NCBI RefSeq assembly: GCF_963921235.1
Contig: NC_086097.1
Location: 236,222,001 to 236,286,000, forward strand
Direction: 5' to 3'
Source: Mobula hypostoma
Taxonomy: Eukaryota
Length of the DNA stretch: 64,000 nucleotides
A model generated the notes under the pieces. That model was not told where the DNA came from. It saw only the letters and a program-made list of their open reading frames with translations, and did not search any database. This document shows positions 35,480 through 49,590 of this stretch, one piece after another. The stretch's first letter is position 1; each line of letters opens with the position of its first letter. The position numbers were made by a program, and so were the translations under genes.

Positions 35480-36439
35480 TAGTTTTCTAAAAAATCTCTG
35501 TTCTTTTTCTCTAATATTCCATCTGCAATGCCCTTGCCAAGGAGCCCGTCTTCATATTCTGAAGAAATGTCCCTGCATTCTCTTCCCCATGCCCAGAATC
35601 AGCCTGTTTAGCATCATGAGCAAACTTGTTACTCACGGTCCTCACATCCTAATCCTTGATGTAGATTGTGAACAACCAACCCTGTGGGACCCCACCAGTC
35701 TTGGTCTCCCAATCAAAAAACTGTTGTTTTCACCGCTGTTCTCTGTGTTTCCTATTAAGCATTCCTGAATTCACACCAGTATAACTTCCAAACCCATGTG
35801 CCATAATTGTGATTAAAACTTCCTACATGACATTTTATTAAATGCAATCTGAATGTCCAAATAAACCTTATCCACTGGTATCGGATGCCATTTCATCTAG
35901 TGAAACCTAACACAAGATATTTCTCTGTCAATTCCTTACTTCCCATTTAATATTTCCTGTCATTGTCGTTAACTGGATAACATTAATTTTTTACATATTT
36001 TAGTAGCTTTTACAGTTTGTTTTAAAGTTCTGCATGCCATTACATAGAGCATAGAACATAGAAATTTACAGCACATTACAGGCCCTTCGGCCCACAATGT
36101 TGTGCCGACCACGTAACCTACTCTAGAAACTATCTACAATATCATACTTGTGTATTATTTCCTATTTCCTCATCAACTTCTTGGTGAATTGGTTTGCTAA
36201 ATACAGAAGTTTTCCTGGTGTGCTTTATGGTAAGAATATAAACCTTTGGTTCACTCTCACATCACTTGTAACTTTTCTATGGCAGGATCGCTTTTCCTTC
36301 TGGGGCTTTCTGCTTTGAAGTGATATGCATTCAGTTGCTACTTTATTTGGTACACCTGTACGCACTGTTCTGCCACAAGAATGCCACTCTCAGGTTGGAG
36401 GTACAGCACTGATATTTTGCTGGGTGGCCTCCATTAATT

Positions 36440-36830
36440 TCTCCCATTCCCCCTTTCTTGCTTCCTTCATTCCACAGTTTGGCTCCCCTCTTATACCCTT
36501 CTCTTCTCTTCACCTGCCTATCACCTACCTCTGGAGACCCTCCTCCTTCCTTGTCTCCCATGGTCCACTCTTCCTTCCTATCACATTACTTCTTCTTCAG
36601 CCGTTTACCTTTTCCACCCATCACCTTCCAGCCTTTCACTTCAGCCTCCTTTTTCAGCCATCTACCTGCCGTCTCTCCCGGTTTCACCTATCACTTGTCA
36701 GCTTGTTCTACTTCCCCTCCCCACCCTCTTAATCTGGCTTCTCCCCCCTTCCATTCAGTCCTGATGAAGGTCTGAACACTTCCTCTCCATAGATGATGTC
36801 TGAGTTCATCCAGCATTTTGTGTTTATTGG
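36440..36830 (+). mobile_element. PLE pLTR fragment with partial hammerhead
   Basis: Pyrimidine-rich pLTR then CAGTCCTGATGAAGG; the GAAA half is deleted. Confidence 0.7.
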
Positions 36831-37324
36831 CCTGGTAAATCTCCTGGTCACCTCTCATCCTCCTTCACTCCAAAGACAAAAACACAAGTCTATCCTCATA
36901 AGTCATTCTATCTATTCCAGACAGCATACTGGTAAATCTCCTCTGCACCTCCTCTAAAGTTTCCACATTTTTCCTATACTGAGGCATCTAGAACAGAATA
37001 CAATACTCCAAGTGTAGTCTAACCGCAGTTTTATACAACTAGAGCTGCAATATTAGCTTATAGTTCTTGAACTCAATCTATCGACAAATGAAGGCCAACA
37101 CACCGTACAAACTTCTTAACTACCTTATCAACCTGTTTGGCAACTTGAGGGATCAATGGATGTGTGCCTCCATATCCCTCTGTCCTCTCTACATTGTTAT
37201 GAATCCTGCAATGAACCCTATACTCTGCCTTCAAGTTCGACCTTCCAAAGTGAATCACTTCACACTTTTCTAGAAGGAGCACTTTCTGTCTTCTCAGTCC
37301 AGCTTTATATCCCATCAATGTCCA

Positions 37325-37488
37325 AAGTTCAAAGTTCAAAGTAAATTTTACTATCAAAGCACATATATGTCTATAATTCATTTTCTTATGGGCATACTCA
37401 ATAAATCAATAGATTAATAACCATAACAGAATCAATGAAAGACTGCAGAGTGCAGAAGGCGATGAAATGTACAAATACAAAAAGAGGA

Positions 37489-37524
<36 letters not shown>

Positions 37525-37855
37525 TGCAATAAATATCAAGAAAAAGATGAAGAGTCCTTGAAAGCGAATCCATTTGTTCTGGGAAAATTTTGATAATAGG
37601 GCAAATAAAGTTGAATGAAGTGATCTCTTTTGGTACAAGAGCCTGATGGCTGAGGGGTAGTACCTGTTCCTGAACTTGGTGGTGTGAGTCCTGGGGCTCT
37701 TGTACCTCTTTCCTGTTGGCAGCAGCAAGAAGAGGGCATTTCCTGGGTGGTGAGGTCCCTATTGATGGATGCTGCTTTCCTGCGACAGCATTCATGTACA
37801 TGTGCTCGGTGGTTGGGAGGACTTTGCCCATGATGCACTGGGCTATATTCATTAC
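37325..37855 (-). mobile_element. Rex1/Babar 3' fragment
   Basis: LLPTGKRYKS..FRNRYYPSAIRLL; (TTA)n tract and (TTTGAAC)n tail. Confidence 0.8.
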
Positions 37856-38149
37856 TTACAAGCTACCCCAGCCTTCTACAGTAACTACAGCACCACCAAA
37901 CTTCATGTCATCTGCAATAAATTAACTTAATTTACTTACTTAGTTCATTCAGTTATATAAAGATATAGCTACAACATTAATCTTAGTGGACCAAACACCT
38001 TTGTTCACCAGTACTGAAGTGTATCAGGAAGACGTGACTATATTTGGTAGGATTGCCAACACTGCTGTCTTAATGAAAATGACAATCAGTACATTCCTTA
38101 GAGAAATAGAGAAGGTAGGTATCAAGTGCCAAGTTGCTCACTTCACACA

Positions 38150-38766
38150 GATTAGGGGACCAACTTTGCTCCATCTGCCGCAAAAAGCAGGACCTCCCAA
38201 TGGCCAACCATTTCAATTCTACTTCCCAGTCCCATTCTGGCATTGGCCCATGGCCTCCTCTACTGTCAGGATAAGGCCACTCTCAGGTTGAAGGAGAGCA
38301 ACACCTTATATTCTGTCTGGGTAGTGTCCAACCTGATTGAATTCTCAAACATCCGGTTATGTCCCCCTCCCTCCTCTCCTTCACCATTCCCCATTCCTAT
38401 TTCCCTCTCTCACCTTGTCTCCTTATCTACCCATCATTTTCCTCTGGTGTTCCTCCCCCTTCCCATGGCCTTCTTCTTCTCCTATCAGATTCTCTCTTCT
38501 CCAACCCTTTATCTCTTTCATCAGTCGACTTCCTAGCTCTTTACTTCAGCACTCCCCCTCTCCCAGTTTCACCTATCACCTGCCACCTTGTACTTCTTCC
38601 TCCCCTCCCTCCATGTTCTTACTCTGACTCTTCCTTTTCAGTCCGGAAGAAGGGTCTCAGCCCGAGACATCGACTGATTATTCTTTCCCATAGACGCCGC
38701 CTGACCTGCTGAGTTCCTCTAGCATTTTGTGCTTTGGATTTCCAGCATCTGCAGATTTTCTCATGT
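38150..38766 (+). mobile_element. PLE 3' fragment with degenerate hammerhead
   Basis: HGLLYCQDKATLRL; CAGTCCGGAAGAAGGGTCTCAGCCCGAGACATCGACTG; CAGCATCTGCAGATTTTCTC terminus. Confidence 0.8.
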
Positions 38767-39399
38767 TAAATCCATTCTTTTGCAGTTAGACACAAGATCA
38801 ATCCCGAAACCTGACAAATAAGAGCTGGTATAAATCTGTTGACATTGACTGCTAGTGAACTGACAAAGGGAGGGAATAGTATGAGTCTCACTCACCTCTA
38901 TCTGCCCTTTAGGGAAGAATCATGTCACTTACTGGTTGATAAATATTGACCTCACAGATGCAAATAGGATTAATTATACCAACTGCATAACCAAGATAAA
39001 AGGCTGCAACAAAATTAATGATAAGGTTAACTGAATGAAGAATAAGTTAAAATTAAATGAATATCATTTCTAAACCCTGAAGGATCACATACAAGAGACA
39101 ATTTCAGACTCTGAATCTGTTTAAATTGTGCATTCGGAACATAAATTCACAATGTGATATTTTCATTTCTCACAAGAGAACACAATCTGTGATGCCTGTA
39201 ATTGCTCCTAGATGTTCATGATGGAGGTGTAACCACACATCTCATTACTGAGGGCAAATCATTTCACAATTAAGTGCACTTATCTCAATTCTTTGTTCAT
39301 CTTTTTTTTTGCTCAATATCGGTTAAGCCAATAGATAAGTGCAATACAAGTTAGGTTCTTCAAAGGGAAAACTTACTAACAAGTGTACGTGTGCCATAG

Positions 39400-40775
39400 C
39401 TTATCCAGAATTTCAGGAGGTCTGCTATGTCAATAGAGACACTCACAAATTTCTACAGATGTACTGTGATGAGCATTCTAACTGGTGTGACAAAAGACCA
39501 AGTTATCAGAAGATTGATGCTGATAAGAGAGACAAAGAGAGAAACATTCAAAATGCTAATATGAGAGACGAGAGAGATTAATGAAAAGAGACACAGTTCC
39601 CAGTATTGTCAGACCGGTTGCTTTGAACCTGAACTGTTTGAAGTTTGATGGACAGGCGATACCCCAGCAGGGGGATAAAAGGAACAGGTTTGCTAAGGCA
39701 AGCGACACGCCACGACACCACGAGATAACGAGACCCTGGAAGTGTGTTGTGCCCCCCCCCCACACGTTGGTGGGAGTTTTGGAGGTCTGGTCGCGGGACC
39801 GACAGGGTGGATCGGCGGGAACCTGGTGTGTGTGTCCACCCTTGCCTGGGTGCCGGGTTCACTGCAGAAGAACAATTGTATCCGGAACGGAGGGGTCACA
39901 GTCGGTGACCTCAGAAGACATTACAAAGGGCTCGCCTGAAAGCTAACCGTGAGGAATATCAAAGGTTTGTTTGAATCCGATTTGAATATCATCATTCGCT
40001 CTCTCTCTCTCTCTCTCCCCAACGGCACAACAGCGATTACTGCGAACTGAACTAAACTGAACTGAACTCTGTGTCACTTGAGACTGATCATTTTACCCCT
40101 AGACTGCGATAGAGCTTGATTGATCCTATTATCCTAGTTCTGTGTACATGTGTGTTTTATCATTGCTAACCTGTTGCATTTATATCCTTACTGTTAGAAT
40201 ACTGTGTTACTTATTTCTTTAATAAAACTTTCTTAGTTCCAGTAATCCAGACTCCAACTAAGTGGTCCATTTCTGCTGGTTTGGCAACCCAGTTACGGGG
40301 TACGTAACACTGGATGCACCACCATCTGGTATGGTTGGTGGTGGGGGCACTGTATGGGATTGAAATAAGCTGCAGAAAATTGTCAACTCAGTTGGCTCCA
40401 TCATGCGCACTAGCTTCCCTAACATCCAGGGCAACTTCAAGGAGCAATGCCTCAAAAAGGCGGCACCCAACATTAAGGTCCCCATCACCCTCTTCTTCTT
40501 GCTCCCATTAGGAAAGAGGCACAGAAGCTTGAGAACTCACACACAATGATTCAGGAACATTTTCTTTCCCTCTGCCATCAGATTTCTGAATGGACATTGA
40601 ACCCACAAACACTATTTCGTACTTTTCTCTCTCTTTTTGCAATGTTTATTTAACTTAACTTTTTAAATATATATATACTTACTGTAATTTACAGTTTTTA
40701 TAATTCTGTATTGCATTGTGCAGCTGCCGCATAACAACAAATTTCATGGCATGTGCCAGTGATATTAAACCTGAT
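39400..40775 (+). mobile_element. Rex1/Babar 3' fragment hosting the solo LTR
   Basis: [13 protein letters not shown] segment resumes after 40313. Confidence 0.75.
39486..40309 (+). mobile_element. Solo LTR (824 bp)
   Basis: TGTGAC...GTAACA; perfect 4-bp TSD CTGG (39482-39485, 40310-40313); GATAAAA at ~39675 and AATAAA at 40221. Confidence 0.9.
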
Positions 40776-41057
40776 ACCCACTCCGGTTCTGAAGAGAAAG
40801 GTTATAAAGGCACGTGAACGTGAAAAAAAATGATGCTGAAGGAAGTCAAAGAAATCCATCAGTTCATTCGGCTGATCCAGGCATCCTTTCCGCTTTCCTG
40901 TTTGCTTACATTTCTACACCCTAAAAGTACATCTATCTCACTCTTGCTACTACTATACTTTATACTTTATTGTCGCCAAACAATTGATAATAGAACGTAC
41001 AATCATCACAGTGATATTTGATTCTGCGCTTCCCGCTCCCTGGATTACAAATATTAA

Positions 41058-41217
41058 GTATATGGCCCTTGTGGCTACGGGGATCAGGGGGTATGGAGGG
41101 AAGGCTGGGGCGGGGTTCTGAGTTGGATGATCAGCCATGATCATAATAAATGGCGGTGCAGGCTCGAAGGGCCGAATGGCCTACTCCTGCACCTATTTTC
41201 TATGTTTCTATGTTTTC
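41058..41217 (+). mobile_element. 160-bp CR1 3' end of the young family
   Basis: Matches 44899-45051; TATTAA on both sides (41052-41057, 41218-41223). Confidence 0.9.
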
Positions 41218-41840
41218 TATTAAAAATATTAAACATAGTAGAATTAGTAAATATTAAAAATTTAAATTATAAATCATAAATAGAAAATAGAAAAATGGTC
41301 GTTATTCTTTTTATAACATTCGCACACTGTTAAATATTGTTTATACCCCCTCACAAAATGTTCCTGAGTGTGTTATCTCTTTAGATGCTGAGAAAGCTTT
41401 TGATAGAGTAGAATGGCCTTACTTACTTAAGGTGCTTGAAATGTTTAATTTTAGCTCGAAATTTATATCCTGGAATAAACTGTTATATTATTCTCCTGTG
41501 GCCTCGGTCCGTACTAACTCTTTAAGCTCACCTTTTTTCCCTCTTTTTCGAGGTACTCGACAAGGTTGTCCTCTTCGTCCTTTATTATTTGATATTGCAT
41601 TAGAACCTCTTGCAATTTCCATTCGAGAATCTCCAAATATTACTGGGATAACTCGGGGCTTAAAATCCCATAGAATATCACTCTATGCTGATGACTTACT
41701 TTTATGTATTTCTAATCCCCAAAAATCCATCCCAGCTGTTTTAGATTTATTAGCACAATTTAGTCTTTTTTCAGGTTATAAATTAAATCTTAGTAAGAGT
41801 GAACTTTTCCCGATTAATAAACAACTTCCCTTATATCATA

Positions 41841-44800
41841 TTGGTGCAGGCGTGACCTGTACAAAAAGGACGGGTTACACTTAAATCCTAGGGGGACCAA
41901 TATCCTGGCAGGGAGATTAGCGCGGGCTACTGAGGTGACTTTAAACTAGAATGGTTGGGGGGTGGGAATCAAATTAAAGAGGCTAGGTGTGAGGAGGTTA
42001 GTTCACAACAGAGGGATGGGAACCAGTGCAGAGAGACAGAGGGGTGTAAAGTGAGCGTAGAAGCAAAAAGTACAAAGGGGAAAAGTAAAAGTGGCAGGCC
42101 GACAAATCCAGGGCAAGCATTAAAAAGGGCTATGAGAGTTGTAAAAGAGCGCCTGAAGGCTTTATGTGTCAATGCAAGGAGCATTCGTAATAAGGTGGAT
42201 GAATTGAAAGTGCAGATTGTTATTAATGATTATGATATAGTTGGGATCACAGAGACATGGCTCCAGGGTGACCAGGGATGGGAGCTCAACATTCAGGGAT
42301 ATTCAATATTCAGGAGGGATAGACATGAAGGAAGGGGAGGTGGGGTGGCGTTGCTGGTTAAAAAAGAGATTAACGCAATAGAAAGGAAGGACATAAGCTG
42401 GGAAGATGTGGAATCGATATGGGTAGAGCTGCGTAACACTAAGGGGCAGAAGACGCTGGTGGGAGTTGTGTACAGGCCACCTAACAGTAGTAGTGAGATC
42501 GGAGATGGTATTAAACAGGAAATTAGAAATGTGTGCAATAAAGGAACAACAGTTATAATGGGTGACTTCAATCTACATGTAGACTGGGTGAACCAAATTG
42601 GTAAAGGTGCTGAGGAAGAGGATTTCTTGGAATGTATGCGGGATGGTTTTTTGAACCAACATGTAGAGGAACCGACTAGAGAGCAGGCTATTCTGGACTG
42701 GGTTTTGAGCAATGAGGAAGGGTTAATTAGCGATCTTGTCGTGAGAGGCCCCTTGGGTAAGAGTGACCATAATATGGTGGAATTCTTCATTAACATGGAG
42801 AGTGACATAGTTAATTCAGAAACAAAGGTTCTGAACTTAAAGAAGGGTAACTTTGAAGGTATGAGACATGAATTAGCTAAGATAGACTGGCAAATGACAC
42901 TTCAAGGATTGACGGTGGATATGCAATGGCAGGCATTTAAAGGTTGCATGGATGAACTACAACAATTGTTCATCCCAGTTTGGCAAAAGAATAAATCAAG
43001 GAAGGTAGTGCACCGTGGCTGACAAGAGAAATTAGGGATAGTATCAATTCCAAAGAAGTAGCATACAAATTAGCCAGAGAAAGTGGCTCACCTGAGGACT
43101 GGGAGAAATTCAGAGTTCAGCAGAGGAGGACAAAGGGCTTAATTAGGAAGGGGAAAAAAGATTATGAGAGAAAACTGGCAGAGAACATAAAAACGGACTG
43201 TAAAAGCTTTTATAGATATGTAAAAAGGAAAAGACTGATAAAGACAAATGTAGGTCCCCTGCAGACAGAAACAGGTGAATTGATTATGGGGAGCAAGGAC
43301 ATGGCAGACCAATTGAATAATTACTTTGGTTCTGTCTTCACTAAGGAGGACATAAATAATCTTCCAGAAATAGTAAGGGACAGAGGGTCCAGTGAGATGG
43401 AGGAACTGAGTGAAATACATGTTAGTAGGGAAGTGGTGTTAGGTAAATTGAAGGGATTGAAGGCAGATAAATCCCCAGGGCCAGATGGTCTGCATCCCAG
43501 ACTGCTTAAGGAAGTAGCCCAAGAAATAGTGCATGCATTAGTGATAATTTTTCAAAACTCGTTAGATTCTGGACTAGTTCCTGAGGATTGGAGGGTGGCT
43601 AATGTAACCCCACTTTTTAAAAAAGGAGGGAGAGAGAAACCGGGGAATTATAGGCCGGTTAGCCTAACGTCTGTGGTGGGGAAACTGCTGGAGTCAGTTA
43701 TCAAGGATGTGATAACAGCACATTTGGAAAGTGGTGAAATGATCGGACAAAGTCAGCATGGATTTGTGAAAGGAAAATCATGTCTGATGAATCTCATAGA
43801 ATTTTTTGAGGATGTAACTAGTAGAGTGGATAGGGGAGAACCAGTGGATGTGGTATATTTGGATTTTCAAAAGGCTTTTGACAAGGTCCCACACAGGAGA
43901 TTAGTGTGCAAACTTAAAGCACACGGTATTGGGGGTAAGGTATTGGTGTGGGTGGAGAATTGGTTAGCAGACAGGAAGCAAAGAGTGGGAATAAACGGGA
44001 CCTTTTCAGAATGGCAGGCGGTGACTAGTGGGGTATCGCAAGGCTCAGTGCTGGGACCCCAGTTGTTTACAATATATATTAATGACTTGGATGAGGGAAT
44101 TAAATGCAGCATCTCCAAGTTTGCGGATGACACGAAGCTGGGCGGCAGTGTTAGCTGTGAGCTGGATGCTAAGAGGATGCAGGGTGACTTGGATAGGTTG
44201 GGTGAGTGGGCAAACTCATGGCAGATGCAATTTAATGTGGATAAATGTGAAGTTATCCACTTTGGTGGCAAAAATAGGAAAACAGATTATTATCTGAATG
44301 GTGGCCGATTAGGAAAAGGGGAGGTGCAACGAGACCTGGGTGTCATTATACACCAGTCATTGAAAGTGGGCATGCAGGTACAGCAGGTGGTGAAAAAGGC
44401 GAACGGTATGCTGGCATTTATAGCGAGAGGATTCGAGTACAGGAGCAGGGAGGTACTACTGCAGTTGTACAAGGCCTTGGTGAGACCACACCTGGAGTAT
44501 TGTGTGCAGTTTTGGTCCCCTAATCTGAGGAAAGACATCTTTGCCATAGAGGGAGTACAAAGAAGGTTCACCAGATTGATTCCTGGGATGGCAGGTCTTT
44601 CATATGAAGAAAGACTGGATGAACTGGGCTTGTACTCATTGGAATTTAGAAGATTGAGGGGAGATCTGATTGAAACGTATAAGATCCTAAAGGGATTGGA
44701 CAGGCTAGATGCAGGAAGAATGTTCCCGATGTTGGGGAGGTCCAGAACGAGGGGTCACAGTTTGAGGATAGAGGGGAAGCCTTTTAGGACCGAGATTAGG

Positions 44801-45051
44801 AAAAACTTCTTCACACAGAGAGTGGTGAATCTGTGGAATTCTCTGCCACAGCAAACTGTTGAGGCCGGTTCATTGGCTGTGTTTAAGAGGAAGTTAGATA
44901 TGGCCCTTGTGGCTACAGGGGTCAGGGGGTATGGAGGGAAGGCTGGGTTCTGAGTTGGATGATCAGCCATGATCATAATAAATGGCGGTGCAGGCTCGAA
45001 GGGCCGAATGGCCTACTCCTGCACCTATTTTCTATGTTTCTATGTTTCTAT
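41841..45051 (+). mobile_element. Young CR1 copy B (ORF1 end plus complete ORF2 with one frameshift)
   Basis: DGLHLN esterase end; ORFs 41955-43022 (APE) and 43280-44953 (RT); 1-bp deletion at ~43014. Confidence 0.97.
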
Positions 45052-46080
45052 AACTTTCTGTTTAAATTGATTAATAATTATTTTTCATATCTTGGGATTA
45101 AAATTACTTGTTAACACAAAGATTTATTTAAGATTAATTTTTTACCCTTAATTGACCATATTATTCAACTTTCATCTAAATGGTTTCCATTATATTTAAC
45201 TTTGATTGGTCGTATTAATGCAGTTAAGATGTTTTTTCTGCCAAAATTTTTATATATATTTCAGGCATTACCGATTTTTGTTCCAAAATCTTTTTTTGAT
45301 AAAGTTGACTCAAAAATTTCTTCTTTTATTTGGCAAAATAAAAACCCGAGACTGGGTAAAATACATTTACAGAAAGCTAAGAGAGATGGAGGTTTAGCAT
45401 TACCTAACTTTAGATTCTATTATTGGGCAATTAATATTCGACATATGAAATTTTGGTTACTTGACCAGGATATACTATCCATTCCTAAATGGGTAGCAAT
45501 GGAATTACAATCTGTTCAGGGCTATACACTTGGCTCTATTTTAGGTTCCTCTCTTCCTTTTGATTTGAAACGCCTCAAAAGAGGTCTCTAACCCGTTAGT
45601 TAAATATACCTTATGTATTTGGTTTCAATTCAGAAAATTTTTTGATCTTAACCAATTTGGGCTAGCGATTCCTATTTTAGGTAACATATATTTTCCTCCC
45701 TCTTTTACAGATCGTGCTTTTCAAATTTGGAAGACTAAGGGTATTTCACGGTTTTTGGATTTATTTTTAGCTGGTTCCCTTATGTCTTTTGAACAATTAT
45801 CTAATAAATATAATTTATCAAGAATACATTTTTTTAGATATCTACAAGTTAGAAATTTCCTAAGTACTATACTTTCTTCCTTTCCAATGCTTCCTCCTAC
45901 ATATATTTTAGATACTATAATTAACCTTAATCCATGTCAGAAAGGTACATCGGCTATGATTTAAAATATTATTATGAAACTTAGGAAAGCTCCATTTGAT
46001 AAGATTAGGGTAGATTGGGAACAGGAATTGGGTTCTATCATTTCCGTGGATGACTGGGGGCAGATTTTACAATTAGTCAA

Positions 46081-47656
46081 TAGAAACATAGAAACATAAA
46101 AAATAGGTGCAGGAGTAGGCTATTCGGCCCTTCGAGCCTGCACCGCCATTTATTATGATCATGGCTGATCATCCAACTCAGAACCCAGCCTTCCCTCCAT
46201 ACCCCCTGACCCCTGTAGCCACAAGGGCCATATCTAACTCCCTCTTAAACATAACCAATGAACTGGCCTCAACAGTTTGCTGTGGCAGAGAATTCCACAG
46301 ATTCACCACTCTCTGTGTGAAGAAGTTTTTCCTAATCTCGGTCCTAAAAGGCTTCCCCTCTATCCTCAAACTGTGACCCCTCGTTCTGGACTTCCCCAAC
46401 ATCGGGAACAATCTTCCTGCATCTAGCCTGTCCAATCCCTTTAGGATCTTATACGTTTCAATCAGATCCCCCCTCAATCTTCTAAATTCCAACGAGTACA
46501 AGCCCAGTTCATCCAGTCTTTCTTCATATGAAAGTCCTGCCATCCCAGGAATCAATCTGGTAAACCTTCTTTGTACTCCCTCTATGGCAAAGATGTCTTT
46601 CCTCGGATTAGGGGACCAAAACTGCACACAATACTCCAGGTGTGGTCTCACCAAGGCCTTGTATAACTGCAGTAGTACCTCCCTGCTCCTGTACTCGAAT
46701 CCTCTCACTATAAATGCCAGCATACCATTCGCCTTTTTCACCGCCTGCTGTACCTGCATGCCCACTTTCAATGACTGGTGTATAATGACACCCAGGTCTC
46801 GTTGCACCTCCCCTTTTCCTAATCGGCCACCATTCAGATAATAATCTGTTTTCCTATTTTTGCCACCAAAGTGGATAACTTCACATTTATCCACATTAAA
46901 TTGCATCTGCCATGAGTTTGCCCACTCACCCAACCTATCCAAGTCACCCTGCATCCTCTTACCATCCTCCTCACTACTAACACTGCCGCCCAGCTTCGTG
47001 TCATCCGCAAACTTGGAGATGCACTGAGCCTTGCGGTACCCCACTAGTCACCGCCTGCCATTCTGAGAAGGTCCCGTTTATTCCCACTCTTTGCTTCCTG
47101 TCTGCTAACCAATTCTCCACCCACACCAATACCTTACCCCCAATACCTTGTGCTTTAAGTTTGCACACTAATCTCCTGTGTGGGACCTTGTCAAAAGCCT
47201 TTTGAAAATCCAAATATACCACATCCACTGGTTCTCCCCTATCCACTCTACTAGTTACATCCTCAAAAAATTCTATGAGATTCGTCAGACATGATTTTCC
47301 TTTCACAAATCCATGCTGAGTTTGTCTGATCATTTCACCGCTTTCCAAATGTGCTGTTATCACATCCTTGATAACTGACTCCAGCAGTTTCCCCACCACC
47401 GACGTTAGGCTAACTGGTCTATAATTCCCTGGTTTCTCTCTTCCTCCTTTTTTAAAAAGTGGGGTTACATTAGCCACCCTCCAATCCTCAGGAACTAGTC
47501 CAGAATCTAACGAGTTTTGAAAAATTATCACTAATGCATCCACTATTTCTTGGGCTACTTCCTTAAGCACTCTAGGATGCAGACCATCTGGCCCTGGGGA
47601 TTTATCGGCCTTCAATCCCTTCAATTTACCCAACACCACTTCCCTACTAACATGTA
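46081..47656 (-). mobile_element. Young CR1 copy C, 5'-truncated
   Basis: Near-identical RT; 59-bp deletion at ~47022. Confidence 0.97.
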
Positions 47657-49590
47657 CTTCCTCTATCTGTGCTAAACATTCCCTAATTCAATTTAAAGTT
47701 GTTCATAGAGCACATATGTCCAAAGATAAATTAGCTCGTTTTTATTCTCATATTAATCCTTTTTGTGATAGATGTCCGGGGCAGATAGCCTCTTTAAATC
47801 ATATATTTTGGTCTTGTCCTACTCTGGAAACTTTTTGGAGAGACATTTTTAATATTATCTCAAAGGTATTGAATATAGATATCTCTCCTCACCCTATTAC
47901 TGCTATCTTTGGATTACCTAAAATTTCCAGTAATCTTTCTCCTTCTGCCCGTAGAATGATTGCATTTCTTACTTTAATGGTGAAAAGATGTACCTTACAA
48001 CATTGGAAAGAGCTTAATGCTCCAGCTACCTTTTTTTGGTTTTCTCAGACGATATTATGCTTGAATTTGGAGAAAATTAGAAGCAATCTCTATGATTCCT
48101 CACTTAAATTTGAACAGACCTGGAGATCTTTTATTCAATAATTTCATTTACTGTAATTTCTTTTTCTTCTCTTTTTTGCTCCATATTTATATTCCCTTCT
48201 TGTTTTTTTTACTGTTTTTAATGGAGGTCAGGTTTGAGGACGTGATTTTAAGTTCTTTAACTCTACTTGGTTCCAAGTTAGCCCATTGCTTTGCTTTGCT
48301 TTTAGTTTAGTTGCACAGTGAGGTTTTTTGGGGGGTTTTTTTGTTTTTTTTTTCCTTTTCTCTATTGATATATATATATAAAAATTAGTATACTATTATG
48401 TTACCTTATTATGTTATGTTTAAATTACATTGTTTGTATCTTTTTTTATCTGTATTAATATCTCCTGTAATTTTATTATATTCTAACAGTGTATTAGTGC
48501 CTATATGGGTTACCTTTTTGTATACTTATTCAATAAAAAGATTTAAAAAGAAAGAAAGAATGAAAAATGGGAAGTAAGGTAGTGCAAAAAAACCGAGAAG
48601 CAGGTCCGGATATTTGGAGGGTACAGCCCAGATCCGGGTCAGGATCCGTTCAGCAGTCTTATCACAGTTGGAAAGAAGCTGTTCCCAAATCTGGCTGTAC
48701 GAGTCTTCAAGCTCCTGAGCCTTCTCCCGGAGGGAAAAGGGATGAAAAGTGTATTGGCTGGGTGGGTCGTGTCCTTGATTATCCTGGCAGCACTGCTCCG
48801 ACAGTGTGAGGTGTAAAGTGAGTCCAAGGACGGAAGATTGGTTTGTGTGATGTGCTGCGCCGTGTTCACGATCTTCTGCAGCTTCTTTCAGTCCTGGACA
48901 GGACAACTTCCATACTAGGTTGTGATGCACCCTAGAAGAATGCTTTCTACGGTGCATCGATAAAAATTAGTGAGGGTTTTAGGGGACAGGCCAAATTTCT
49001 TTAGTTTTCTCAGGAAGTAAAGGCGCTGGTGGGCCTTCTTGGCAGTGAACTCTGCTTGGTTGGACAAAGTCAAGTCATTTGTGATATTGACCCTGAGGAA
49101 CGTAAAGCTTTTGACCTGTTCCACTTGCACACCACTGATGTAAATTGGGTCGTGCAGTCCGCTACTCCTTCTGAAGTCAACAACCAATTCCTTCATCTTG
49201 CTGAGGTTGAGGGATAGGTTATTGTCTTCGCACCATGCCACCAGGTTCTTAATTTCCTCTCTGTACTCAAACTCAGCATTACCCGAGATACGGCCTACAA
49301 TTGTTGTGTCATCAGCAAACTTATATATTGAGTTCGATGGAAACTTGGTTACACAATCATGGGTGTACAGTGAGTACAACAGGGAACTGAGTACACAGCC
49401 TTGTGGGGCACCGGTGCTCAGAGTGATTGTAGAGGAGAGCTTGTCCCCTATTTTTACAGCCTGGGTCCAGTCTGTGAGGAAGTTGAAGATCCAGCTGCAG
49501 ATCTGAGTGCTAAGGCCCAGGTTCCGGAGCTTAGGAATCAGTTTATTTGGAATGATGGTATGAAAGGCAGAGCTGAAGTCAATGAAAAGG

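Larger units (their letters stand above)
41299..48561 (+). mobile_element. L1/Tx1-clade LINE ORF2, 5'-truncated, in three pieces (41299-41840, 45051-46082, 47655-48561)
   Basis: SLDAEKAFDRVEW, RGTRQGCPL, SLYADD, GGLALPNF, CDRC..HIFWSC knuckle; AATAAA plus A-rich tail; TSD GAAAAATGG (41290-41298, 48562-48570). Confidence 0.93.
40956..49590 (-). mobile_element. Rex1/Babar LINE whose 3' UTR is split by L1 and CR1 insertions
   Basis: KFADDTT and [18 protein letters not shown] at 48640-49590; 3' UTR and tail at 40956-41298; flanked by ACTACTA (40949-40955, 49591-49597). Confidence 0.85.

Noticed and set aside
38000..38096. Strong minus-strand acceptor followed by NVLIVIFIKTAVLAILPNIVTSS*
   Set aside because: May belong to the decayed gene, but it has a stop, an unclear donor and no recognisable motif
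39556..39946. Cluster of overlapping short ORFs
   Set aside because: GC-rich interior of the solo LTR
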